This document shows positions 1 to 8,088 of a stretch of 24,000 nucleotides of DNA, one piece after another (the first letter of the stretch is position 1; each line of letters opens with the position of its first letter). Under the pieces are notes generated by a model. The model saw nothing but the letters and a program-made list of their open reading frames with translations, had not been told where the DNA came from and ran no database searches. The stretch covers positions 2,508,760-2,532,759 of the forward strand of contig NZ_CP006569.1 in NCBI RefSeq assembly GCF_000517425.1, given 5' to 3'. Origin of the DNA: Sodalis praecaptivus (GTDB lineage Bacteria > Pseudomonadota > Gammaproteobacteria > Enterobacterales > Enterobacteriaceae). The position numbers were made by a program, and so were the translations under genes.

Positions 1-385
1 GGGTGAACATTTGCTCCGCACCGCCCGCTTTGCGGGATTCGGCCCACTGCTCCAGCGAAACTTTTAATGCGGCACGCAACACGCCTTCATGCATAAAAAT
101 CCGTGGCCAGGCGAACGCCAGCAGCGCGCGAACCCGTTCATCGGCGCTGTTCTGCGTCGGTTGCCACTTCATCACCGGCCCCAGGCTCTCTTCAACCATC
201 GCCATGACCAGCGCGTTCTGGGTGGGAAAATAACGATAGGCTGTCGAACGGGACACCCCGGCCTTTTCCGCTACTTCAGCGACGCCCGGCTCTAGCCCCT
301 GGGCAAATAGCGCCATCGCCTGCTCCACCATCAATGCCCGGGTTTTCATTTGCTTACGCGAAACAAAAATGACTTTATCGCTCAT
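1..385 (-). CDS. TetR/AcrR-family transcriptional regulator (N-terminal part; C-terminus lies beyond the window edge)
   Basis: Absent from the ORF track because it runs off the edge. The reverse complement from ATG (383-385) reads MSDKVIFVSRKQMKTRALMVEQAMALFAQGLEPGVAEVAEKAGVSRSTAYRYFPTQNALVMAMVEESL... This is a typical TetR N-terminal HTH (VAEKAGVSRSTAYRYFPT). The frame stays open to position 1. It is divergent from the 608-2666 operon. Confidence 0.85.
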   Translation of the reverse strand, partial: MSDKVIFVSRKQMKTRALMVEQAMALFAQGLEPGVAEVAEKAGVSRSTAYRYFPTQNALVMAMVEESLGPVMKWQPTQNSADERVRALLAFAWPRIFMHEGVLRAALKVSLEQWAESRKAGGAEQMFT

Positions 386-461
386 ACCGCCCTCAGCCCC
401 TCGCAGAAGGGAGAGAATACCCGCTACGACAGGCAAAAAATAGCCGACAACAAAAAATAAG

Positions 462-491
462 ACATAAGTACCAAAATTTTGGGACTTATGT
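462..491. promoter_or_regulatory. 30-bp near-perfect palindrome, candidate TetR operator in the divergent promoter region
   Basis: ACATAAGTACCAAAATTTTGGGACTTATGT: 14 of 15 symmetric pairs match (the only mismatch is 470/483), centred on AAAA|TTTT. A third half-site copy, GTACCAAAATT, recurs at 490-500, 22 bp after the copy at 468-478. It lies 77 bp upstream of the TetR ATG and 117 bp upstream of the UPF0261 ATG. Confidence 0.6.
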
Positions 492-607
492 ACCAAAATT
501 GCCTTAGACGGCTTGCCGCTTGTAGCAAAAAGCCGAATGATAAAACGGCACAAGACAGCAGCATGACAAGATGCCGCCCCATAATACTACCCTACAGGAG
601 TGCTCAC

Positions 608-1846
608 ATGACGCTGAGACCTTCAACGAAAGCGGCTTGGATCGCCACGACGGCGGATACTAAAGGTCGCGAATTACAGTTTGTCAGCGAGATTATCCGC
701 AACGCCGGCGTGCCCACCCAGACCGTAGATCTGTCCACCCGTCCCTACACGGCACCCGGCGATATTGACTTCACGCCACAGGATATAGCCCGTTATCATC
801 CCCAGGGGCCGGAAGCGGTGTTTTGCGGCGATCGCGGTCAAGCGATAGCAGCGATGTCCCTGGCTTTTCGCCATTTTCTGGCGACCCGTAACGATGTCGG
901 CGCCCTGCTCGGTTTAGGCGGCTCCGGCGGAACAGCGCTTATTACCCCGGCCATGCAAGACCTGGCGATCGGCATCCCTAAATTGATGGTGTCTACCATG
1001 GCCTCCGGCGATATCGCCGGCTATATCGGCGCCAGCGATATTGCCATGCTCTACTCGGTAACCGATGTCGCGGGCATTAACCGTATTTCACGCAAGGTAC
1101 TGACCAATGCCGCGGCGCAAATAGCCGGCGCGATGACATTTATGCCGCAAGAGAGCGTGGAAGATAAACCGGCCCTGGCGCTCAGCATGTTTGGCGTCAC
1201 GACCCCCGCCGTTTCGCAAATTAGCGCGCTGCTGGGCGAGAACTATGACAGCCTGGTGTTCCATGCTACCGGTAGCGGCGGCAACGCCATGGAAAACCTT
1301 GCCCGCCAGGGATTACTGGACGGGATTATGGATATCACCCTGACAGAGATTGGCGATCTGTTATTTGGCGGCGTTCTGGCCTGTTCGCCCGAGCGTCTGG
1401 ATGTGATAGCACACCATGCCATTCCCTGGGTGGGTTCGTGCGGCGCGCTGGATATGGTCAACTTTGGCGCCCGCGACAAAGTGCCGGAAAAGTACCGCCG
1501 GCGTCAGTTAGTCACCCACAACGCGCAGGTCACGCTGATGCGCACCCTGCCGGAAGAGAACGCCATTATGGGACGCTGGATAGCGGAAAAACTCAACCGC
1601 TGCCGGGGCGACGTCCGCTTTTTGATTCCTTTACGCGGCTTCTCCGCGCTGGATGATGAAGGTCAGGCGTTCTGGTCTCCCGCCGCCGACCAGGCATTTA
1701 TTGCCAGTTTTGAGCAACATTTCCAACCCTCGGCGACCCGCCGAGCGATAAAACTTGACTGCCATATTAACAGCGCGCCGTTTGCCGCTGCCGCCGTCCG
1801 CGAAATGAATAGCCTTCTAAACACAGGAACAGCCCATGACAACTAA
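608..1846 (+). CDS. UPF0261 / Tm-1-like ATP-binding domain protein (homologous to the N-terminal half of plant Tm-1)
   Basis: I start the track ORF 479-1846 at the in-frame ATG 608, which is preceded by AGGAG (596-600) at 7 nt. The N-terminus [21 protein letters not shown] matches the G/T-x-DTKG-x-E start I recall for the UPF0261 family. It overlaps the next gene by 11 nt. Confidence 0.8.
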   Translation: MTLRPSTKAAWIATTADTKGRELQFVSEIIRNAGVPTQTVDLSTRPYTAPGDIDFTPQDIARYHPQGPEAVFCGDRGQAIAAMSLAFRHFLATRNDVGALLGLGGSGGTALITPAMQDLAIGIPKLMVSTMASGDIAGYIGASDIAMLYSVTDVAGINRISRKVLTNAAAQIAGAMTFMPQESVEDKPALALSMFGVTTPAVSQISALLGENYDSLVFHATGSGGNAMENLARQGLLDGIMDITLTEIGDLLFGGVLACSPERLDVIAHHAIPWVGSCGALDMVNFGARDKVPEKYRRRQLVTHNAQVTLMRTLPEENAIMGRWIAEKLNRCRGDVRFLIPLRGFSALDDEGQAFWSPAADQAFIASFEQHFQPSATRRAIKLDCHINSAPFAAAAVREMNSLLNTGTAHDN

Positions 1847-2666
1847 CCGTAGAACAGAATTACTTGCCCGTTTCCGACAAATGATGAGCCGCCAGGAACC
1901 GATCATTGGCGGCGGCGCCGGGACCGGATTGTCGGCCAAATGTGAAGAAGCCGGGGGTATCGATCTTATTGTGATTTATAACTCGGGACGTTATCGCATG
2001 GCGGGACGGGGTTCGCTGGCCGGTTTACTGGCTTACGGCAATGCCAACGAGATAGTTCTCGAGATGGCAAAAGAGGTGATCCCGGTGGTCAAATCCACGC
2101 CGGTACTGGCCGGCGTCAACGGCACCGATCCGTTCTGTCAGTTCGATAGCTTCTTGGATGAGCTGGCCCGCAAGGGCTTTGCCGGTGTGCAGAATTTTCC
2201 AACGGTGGGGCTGATTGACGGTAAATTTCGCCAAAACCTGGAGGAGACAGGGATGGGGTATGCTCTGGAGGTGGATATGATCCGGCTGGCGCACCAGAAA
2301 GGATTACTCACCACGCCTTATGTCTTCAGTAAAGAGGATGCTATCGCCATGACCGAGGCCGGAGCGGATATCCTGGTGCCGCACATGGGCCTGACCACCG
2401 GCGGCAATATCGGCGCCGAAACGGCGACCACCCTGAACGATTGTGTCGCCATGATCACCGAATGGGCCGCCGCCGCCAGAGCCGTTCGTGACGATATCAT
2501 TATCCTGTGCCACGGCGGTCCTATCGCTACGCCGGAAGATGCTGCCTATATCCTGCGCCACTGCCCGCTGGTGAATGGTTTTTACGGCGCCAGCTCCATG
2601 GAGCGCCTGCCGACGGAAATTGCCCTGACCGAGACAACGCGGCAGTTTAAAGCCCTCCGCCGTTAA
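1836..2666 (+). CDS. Phosphoenolpyruvate-hydrolase-like TIM-barrel protein (homologous to the C-terminal half of Tm-1)
   Basis: 276 aa. [49 protein letters not shown] is characteristic of the PEP_hydrolase / COG5564 family, which regularly pairs with UPF0261. The start is coupled to the upstream stop. Confidence 0.8.
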   Translation: MTTNRRTELLARFRQMMSRQEPIIGGGAGTGLSAKCEEAGGIDLIVIYNSGRYRMAGRGSLAGLLAYGNANEIVLEMAKEVIPVVKSTPVLAGVNGTDPFCQFDSFLDELARKGFAGVQNFPTVGLIDGKFRQNLEETGMGYALEVDMIRLAHQKGLLTTPYVFSKEDAIAMTEAGADILVPHMGLTTGGNIGAETATTLNDCVAMITEWAAAARAVRDDIIILCHGGPIATPEDAAYILRHCPLVNGFYGASSMERLPTEIALTETTRQFKALRR

Positions 2667-2707
2667 GGGCGGCAGGACCAACACCTGGGATAAAGGGGTT
2701 TCGTGCT

Positions 2708-2776
2708 CCGACCCGCGCCGGGTCTGGCCGCGCTTTATTAATGCGCGGGTAGCGCCCGGCGAGTCACGGGCGCTAC
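2708..2776. terminator. Three consecutive GC-rich stem-loops between convergent genes (probable bidirectional terminator or REP-like element)
   Basis: 2708-2727: GACCCG/CGGGTC stem. 2728-2748: CCGCGC-TTTATTAAT-GCGCGG. 2749-2776: perfect 10-bp stem GTAGCGCCCG / CGGGCGCTAC with an 8-nt loop. No clear U-run follows, so an intrinsic-terminator call is tentative. Confidence 0.4.
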
Positions 2777-2853
2777 GCTTCCCGTGAGCGACATCTTGGC
2801 GACATCGCGCACGGCGGTCTGTGTTGCCAGCGAGCATCAACATAAGCGAACCG

Positions 2854-3147
2854 TTACTGACCCGCGTTCTCATGGTTCATGTCATTCTTTTTCATCATCA
2901 TTGATCCCTGCTGAGCTTGGTTCGGTTTCATCATCATCGTGCCGTCATGCTTATCAGATTTCATCATGGACTGCGGGGCGTCCCCGTTTTTCATGCAGTT
3001 CGGATCCTTGCCATTACCCTGGTGTTGCACACAGGTCTGGGTCTGAGCCGCGGCTGCGTTCTGGGTCGTCGCGTCTGCCGCAAAGACCGACCCCGTAGTG
3101 ACCAGTGAACAGGCGGCGGACAGGGCCAGCATGATTAATTTTTTCAT
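2854..3147 (-). CDS. Secreted methionine-rich small protein (MXKDX-repeat-like / MrpX-like)
   Basis: 97 aa. AAGGAG lies 6 nt upstream of the ATG. Sec-type signal MKKLIMLALSAACSLVTTGSVFA|AD. The mature C-terminal 47 aa contain 10 Met in MMK / MMMK / MMMKK blocks, plus one Cys pair (C-x12-C). Confidence 0.8.
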   Translation of the reverse strand: MKKLIMLALSAACSLVTTGSVFAADATTQNAAAAQTQTCVQHQGNGKDPNCMKNGDAPQSMMKSDKHDGTMMMKPNQAQQGSMMMKKNDMNHENAGQ

Positions 3148-3311
3148 CGCGTTCTCCTTGAGGGGGTGAATACACTGACTGTAACCCTGTCATTGTCCGG
3201 CATACGTGTTCCCCAAAGCCTCGCGTAAACTTAAACAATATGTGATATCTCAACGACGGTAGATGGGGTTGTGTAAACTGCAACAGACAGAAGGCAAAAC
3301 AGAGGGGCATC

Positions 3312-4034
3312 ATGGCCGGGGACACGTTAAAAAAAATCCTGATTGTGGAAGATGATGGCGATATCGCTCATCTTCTTACGCTGCATCTGCATGATGAAGG
3401 ATTTGACATTACGCATGCGCCTGATGGTCATCAGGGCGTCGCCCTGCTGGAACAAGGCGGCTGGGACGCGCTGATTCTCGACCTGATGCTGCCCGGGGTG
3501 GACGGGCTGGAAATATGCCGCCGGGCGCGCAATATGGCGCGCTATACGCCAATCATTATTATCAGCGCCCGCGCCAGCGAAGTGCACCGCGTACTCGGGC
3601 TGGAGCTGGGGGCCGATGATTATCTGGCCAAGCCTTTTTCCATGTTGGAATTGGTGGCGCGCGTTAAGGCGCTGTTTCGCCGTCAAGAAGCCATGATCCG
3701 CAATATGAAAATAGATGCGGGTACCCTGAGTTTTTCCGGTCTGGTTATCGACCCCCTCGCCCGCGAAGTCCATCTGGATAAACGGCCCGTGGAGCTGACG
3801 CCGCGCGAATTCGATCTCCTCTATTTTTTCGCCAAACATCCCGGCAAAGTGTTTTCACGCCTGAGCCTGCTCAATCACGTTTGGGGCTATCAGCATGAGG
3901 GTTATGAGCATACCGTCAACACGCACATTAATCGGCTGCGGCTCAAAATAGAACGCAATCCGGCGGAGCCGGAACGCCTGCTGACCGTCTGGGGCATGGG
4001 GTATAAATTCGCTCCCGCAATTGACAATACATAA
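3312..4034 (+). CDS. OmpR/PhoB-family two-component response regulator
   Basis: 240 aa. Receiver domain (ILIVEDDGDI...LILDLMLPGVDG...ADDYLAKPF) plus winged-helix output domain (LTPREFDLLYFF...VWGMGYKF). Confidence 0.95.
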   Translation: MAGDTLKKILIVEDDGDIAHLLTLHLHDEGFDITHAPDGHQGVALLEQGGWDALILDLMLPGVDGLEICRRARNMARYTPIIIISARASEVHRVLGLELGADDYLAKPFSMLELVARVKALFRRQEAMIRNMKIDAGTLSFSGLVIDPLAREVHLDKRPVELTPREFDLLYFFAKHPGKVFSRLSLLNHVWGYQHEGYEHTVNTHINRLRLKIERNPAEPERLLTVWGMGYKFAPAIDNT

Positions 4035-4044
4035 GAAGCCCGCC

Positions 4045-5550
4045 ATGAACAATATGACTCTCTCCCGGCGTCTGGTGCTGGCCTTTACCGCGCTGCTGTT
4101 GGCCAGCTGCTTTATTTCCGGTTTTTTGCAGGTGCGCTCCGCCAATGAATACAGCCAGGGCGTTATACAGCGCCTATCGGCCAATCTGGCCGCACAGATT
4201 GCCAGCAATAACCCGCTGCTGAGCGAGGACGGGCTGAATCAAGCCTCGGTCCATTCCCTGTTTGGCCAGTTGATGTCGGTGAATCCGAGCGTGGAAGTTT
4301 ATCTGTTGGATCAACAGGGCAACATCATCAGCAGCGCCGCGCCAGCAGGGAAAATTCAGCAAAAAACCGTTGACCTACGGCCGATTCAGGCGCTGCTCGC
4401 CGGCGCGCAGATGCCGGTATATGGCGATAACCCGCGCGATCCCAAGACCCGCCAGGTCTTTAGCGTGGCGCCGCTGAAAATGGGCGATAGGGTCAAAGGC
4501 TACGTCTACATCGTGCTGCTCGGCGAGCATTACACAATGCTCTCAAGCCAGGCGCAATATCTGTCGGCGATAGGGATAACCCTGCGCTCGATGGTGCTGG
4601 TCATCATCTTCGGCACGCTGGCGGGGATCCTTGCCTTTCGTTGGGTCACCAAACCGATGCGCCAGCTGGCGGCGCAAATCGCCACCTTAGATAAAGGGGG
4701 AATGGGGGCTATTCAGGCGCTGGCGCAAAGCACCCCGTCCGCCGATGCGCCGCGCGATGAGATAGCCCTGATCCAGCAGGCGTTTGTCAGCCTCGCTCAG
4801 CGTATTGATCAACAGTGGCAAAGCCTGAAGACCCAAGATCGGCTGCGTCGGGAATTTATCGCAAATGTCTCGCACGATCTGCGCACGCCGCTGACGTCGT
4901 TGCAGGGTTATCTGGAAACGCTGTCGGTAAAATCCTTAAGCCTCAGCGAAGCGGAGCGCCAGCGCTTTTTGGATATCGCCGTGCATCAGAGCCGAAAAGT
5001 GAGCCGGCTGGCGCAAGAGCTGTTCGAGCTGGCGCGGTTGGAATACGGGGTGGTCGAACCCAAAAAAGAGGCATTCTCCCTGGGTGAACTGGTTCAGGAT
5101 GTGTTAGAGAAATTTGCCCTGACCGCCGAGGCACGCCAGCAGCGGCTGGTGGCCGCCATGCAGCCGGGTCTGCCGCTGGTCTATGCCGATTTGGGCATGA
5201 TCGAGCGGGTCCTGACCAATTTATTGGATAACGCCGTCCGCCATACGCCAAAAAATGGCCAGATTGATATCCGCCTTTCGACGCGGCAGGATGAGGTAAT
5301 AGTGCGCCTCCAGGACAGCGGGCCGGGGATTGCTGATGAGCTCAAAGAGAGTTTATTCGTTCGTCCGTCGGTTCTCAGTCAGCAACGCTACCGTCCCGGT
5401 GGGCTCGGGCTGATGATTGTGCAACGTATGTTGCTGCTGCATAACAGCGTTGTCTCGCTGGTGGATGCCCCGCAAGGGGGCGCCTGTTTCGAGTTTGCTC
5501 TTACCGCACTGAGTCAGAAAAACAGCGGGCCGACCCGTCTTGAAAGGTGA
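4045..5550 (+). CDS. Sensor histidine kinase (two TM segments, ~150-aa periplasmic domain, HAMP, HisKA, HATPase_c)
   Basis: H-box FIANVSHDLRTPLTSLQGY, N-box LLDNAVRHTP, G1 DSGPGI, G2 GGLGLMIV. TM1 is around LVLAFTALLLASCFISGF and TM2 around MVLVIIFGTLAGILAF. The start is placed at ATG 4045. The track start, TTG 4021, would overlap the regulator gene. Confidence 0.9.
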   Translation: MNNMTLSRRLVLAFTALLLASCFISGFLQVRSANEYSQGVIQRLSANLAAQIASNNPLLSEDGLNQASVHSLFGQLMSVNPSVEVYLLDQQGNIISSAAPAGKIQQKTVDLRPIQALLAGAQMPVYGDNPRDPKTRQVFSVAPLKMGDRVKGYVYIVLLGEHYTMLSSQAQYLSAIGITLRSMVLVIIFGTLAGILAFRWVTKPMRQLAAQIATLDKGGMGAIQALAQSTPSADAPRDEIALIQQAFVSLAQRIDQQWQSLKTQDRLRREFIANVSHDLRTPLTSLQGYLETLSVKSLSLSEAERQRFLDIAVHQSRKVSRLAQELFELARLEYGVVEPKKEAFSLGELVQDVLEKFALTAEARQQRLVAAMQPGLPLVYADLGMIERVLTNLLDNAVRHTPKNGQIDIRLSTRQDEVIVRLQDSGPGIADELKESLFVRPSVLSQQRYRPGGLGLMIVQRMLLLHNSVVSLVDAPQGGACFEFALTALSQKNSGPTRLER

Positions 5551-5573
5551 AAAAGCGCCAGCGCAAGTGACGC

Positions 5574-6293
5574 TTAACCTTTCACCAAGACCGGCGCGGT
5601 GCTCCACAGCGCCGGGAACGACTTTTTCAATTGCTGAAGCTTTGGCAGATCGTTGATGACGATGTAGGGATAGTCCGGGTGGTTATTCAGGAAGTCCTGA
5701 TGGTCGTTTTCCGCGGGATAGAACGTCGCATTTTCCTCTATCGTTGTCACCAGCGGTGCGCTAAAACGGTGGCTCTGGTTGAGCTCGGCAAGATACGCCT
5801 TTGCAACTTTCCCCTGCGCAGCACTCAGCGGAAATAACGCCGAGCGGTATTGCGTGCCGTAATCCGGGCCCTGACGGTTGAGCTCCGTCGGGTTGTGCGC
5901 CACGGAGAAGAATATATGCAGCAGTTGGCCGTAGGTGACCCGTTGCGGGTCAAAGGTAACTTGAACCGATTCTGCGTGTCCGGTCAGCCCGGTACTTACG
6001 CTGTCGTAGTACGCGGTGCGGGCCTTACCGCCGGTATAGCCGGACGTGGCGCTGATCACCCCTTTGACGTGCTGGAAGACGCCCTGCACGCCCCAGAAAC
6101 AGCCGCCGGCAAACACGGCGGTTTCCCTTTGCGCCGTCCCCGGCGCTTCGTCCTGCAATGGCGCCGGAATGGCAACGGCGGGTTCGGCTTCAGACCAGGC
6201 GACGGGGTGGAACCCCAGTGCGGCGATAACCAGAACCGACGCGCCGATGCTGAGGATCCGGCGGGAAAAACCAGAGCCGGTCGCTATTTTCAT
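5574..6293 (-). CDS. msrA: Exported peptide-methionine (S)-S-oxide reductase MsrA (single-Cys type)
   Basis: Catalytic motif GGCFWGVQG. N-terminal signal MKIATGSGFSRRILSIGASVLVIAALGFHPVAWSEA. There are three consecutive ATGs at 6299, 6296 and 6293. GAGGAG immediately precedes 6299, so 6293 has the best spacing. The mature protein has only one Cys. Confidence 0.9.
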   Translation of the reverse strand: MKIATGSGFSRRILSIGASVLVIAALGFHPVAWSEAEPAVAIPAPLQDEAPGTAQRETAVFAGGCFWGVQGVFQHVKGVISATSGYTGGKARTAYYDSVSTGLTGHAESVQVTFDPQRVTYGQLLHIFFSVAHNPTELNRQGPDYGTQYRSALFPLSAAQGKVAKAYLAELNQSHRFSAPLVTTIEENATFYPAENDHQDFLNNHPDYPYIVINDLPKLQQLKKSFPALWSTAPVLVKG

Positions 6294-6306
6294 CATCATC
6301 TCCTCG

Positions 6307-8055
6307 CTAACCAAAGGTGAAGGCGTAGGCGTTCACCCCCGCCTCGTCAAACTCAATACTAAAGGTGTGTTCACCGCTGCCGTCGGGCTGACGAATCAGC
6401 TGATACAAGCGCTGTTCCGTCACCGTGCCGCCGCCATCGGCAGCCACATCGGCGCCGTGCATCTCACCCGGCGCACGGCCGTCAATCAGCACTTTAAAGC
6501 GGACGGGATTGCCCGCTTGACTCGGCCCGAGGACCAAATGCAGGTCACGGGCGTGGAATCGATAGATAATCTTGCCGCGCTCGCTATTGAGCGTGATACG
6601 CTCATCGTTGATGGTCCAGCGCCCCGCCAGTCCCCATGCATTGAGCGGTAGCGTAGCCGGTTTGACATAATCCGCCGCCCTGTCCGCCCTCACCTCGCCG
6701 GAGGCGAAATTTTCCGCCCGGCTATAGCCGAGATAGGTTTCCGGCGAAATGTCGTACTGGCCGCTGGCCGCCTGCTCTACCCCCGTAGCCGAGACCTGGC
6801 TGATGCTATCAGTGACGTTTTTCGCCCCCGCCTGACGCAACAGCGCCTGGATCACCCGCTCCGATTGGTCATCATCACCTTCGCCAAAATGCGTGTAGCG
6901 GATATGGCCAAAGGCATCAATAAAATAGTGCGCCGGCCAATATTGGTTGTTGAACGCCCGCCAGATGCGGTAGTCGTTATCGATCGCTACCGGGTAGGTG
7001 ACGCCCAGTTTTTTCGCCTCTTTGGCCACGTTATCACTATCTCTTTCAAAGGCGAATTCTGGGGCGTGCACGCCTATCACCACCAGCCCTTGATCGCGAT
7101 ATTTCTCCGCCCAGGCTTTGACATAAGGCAGCGAACGTAAACAGTTAATGCACGAGTAGGTCCAGAAGTCGACCAGCACCACTTTGCCGCGCAGCGACGC
7201 CGTCGTCAGCGGCGGCGAATTCAGCCAGCGCACGGCGCCGTCCAGCGACGGCATCAAGCCCTCATCCGTCAGCGCCGGCGCCTCACCGGCAACGGTTTGG
7301 GCGCTGGCGGGCGCCGGCACGGTTTCCGTCGCGCCGGGCGAGAGTTTTTGCACCAGCGTCTGTTCAATCCCGCCGGTTGAGCTGGTGGAAAGCCGCGCCA
7401 GCACGCCGGTATCCAGCCCAAAGGCGATGGCGACGACGCCCAGCAGCATACCCGCGCCAAGGACACGGCGGATCCACTCCCCGACGCCCAGAGAACGCTT
7501 CATGGCCTTGAAAACCTTGCCGCCTATCAGCAACGCCAACGCAAGCGAGGTCGCGGCGCCTGCCGCATAGGCCAGCAGCAGCAGCGTCGAATTGAGGTTT
7601 GCGCCCTGTAGCGCGGCGCCGGTCAATACCAGCCCCAGGATCGGCCCGGCGCACGGCGCCCATAACAGCCCGGTGGCAATCCCCAGTAAAAACGCGCTGC
7701 CCGCCCCGGCCGATTGACCCGCGGTTATCCGGTTTGACAACGCGTTACCCGCGGACACCAGCGGATGCATTACCCGCTCCGCCAGCCGCGGCAACAGCAG
7801 GGTCACGCCAAACAGCGCCATCAGAATAAGCGCCGCACCGCGTCCGTACTGGTTCGCCGCCACAACCCATCCCCCGCCGACGGCAGCAAGGGTGGCAAAT
7901 AGCGTAAACGTCAGCGCCATACCCGCCAGCAGCGGCAGGCCGCTGCGGATAAAGGGCCTGTCGGCGCGGGCAAAAACAAACGGCAGCACCGGTAAAATAC
8001 AGGGGCTGGCAATGGTCAGCAGACCGCCCAGATACGCAAGAAAGACAACCAGCAT
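6307..8055 (-). CDS. dipZ: DipZ-type protein: CcdA/DsbD membrane electron-transfer domain fused to a periplasmic thioredoxin-fold CxxC domain and a C-terminal DipZ domain
   Basis: TM-domain cysteines in IASPCILPVLPF and LWAPCAGPILG. TlpA/ResA-like motif FWTYSCINCLRSLPYV. ATG 8055 has AAGGA 8 nt upstream; the track start is TTG 8061. Confidence 0.9.
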   Translation of the reverse strand: MLVVFLAYLGGLLTIASPCILPVLPFVFARADRPFIRSGLPLLAGMALTFTLFATLAAVGGGWVVAANQYGRGAALILMALFGVTLLLPRLAERVMHPLVSAGNALSNRITAGQSAGAGSAFLLGIATGLLWAPCAGPILGLVLTGAALQGANLNSTLLLLAYAAGAATSLALALLIGGKVFKAMKRSLGVGEWIRRVLGAGMLLGVVAIAFGLDTGVLARLSTSSTGGIEQTLVQKLSPGATETVPAPASAQTVAGEAPALTDEGLMPSLDGAVRWLNSPPLTTASLRGKVVLVDFWTYSCINCLRSLPYVKAWAEKYRDQGLVVIGVHAPEFAFERDSDNVAKEAKKLGVTYPVAIDNDYRIWRAFNNQYWPAHYFIDAFGHIRYTHFGEGDDDQSERVIQALLRQAGAKNVTDSISQVSATGVEQAASGQYDISPETYLGYSRAENFASGEVRADRAADYVKPATLPLNAWGLAGRWTINDERITLNSERGKIIYRFHARDLHLVLGPSQAGNPVRFKVLIDGRAPGEMHGADVAADGGGTVTEQRLYQLIRQPDGSGEHTFSIEFDEAGVNAYAFTFG

Positions 8056-8088
8056 TGACAAGTTCCTTGTTCTGGCTAGGAAAAAATT

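Noticed and set aside
479-607. N-terminal extensions in the ORF track. Examples are 479 versus 608, 9620 versus 9485, 12387 versus 12330, 13162 versus 13060, 14108 versus 14042, 18081 versus 18051, 19018 versus 18907, 20085 versus 20010 and 23542 versus 23377.
   Set aside because: The extensions overlap the preceding gene or have no RBS. The internal ATGs sit at proper distance from Shine-Dalgarno sequences, directly after upstream stops, and restore family-typical lengths and N-termini.
2304-2873. A 189-aa minus-strand ORF, with similar long antisense ORFs at 3327-3839(-), 5850-6320(+), 6046-6651(+), 10476-10997(+), 10998-11432(+), 18383-18886(+) and 18982-19527(+).
   Set aside because: Each lies antisense to a gene with clear family motifs. 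The translations are Arg/Gly/Pro/His-rich and low in complexity, and they lack an RBS. These are shadow ORFs, as expected in high-GC DNA.
3109-3147. A possible lipobox (LSAAC) in the signal peptide of the Met-rich protein.
   Set aside because: The Cys is at position 13, earlier than typical lipoprotein signals, and position -3 is Ser. The hydrophobic core continues past it to a good VFA|A signal peptidase I site.
3188-3197. TGTCATTGTC, which resembles a CusR/HprR-type box (TGACAA..TTGTCA).
   Set aside because: No inverted partner is present, and the response regulator does not resemble CusR or HprR closely by eye. Similarity is limited to a few bases.
4021-4044. TTG 4021 as the histidine kinase start, as in the ORF track.
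   Set aside because: It would overlap the regulator gene by 14 nt and add a non-hydrophobic extension. ATG 4045 gives the usual short cytoplasmic N-terminus before TM1. This is not excluded, only less likely.
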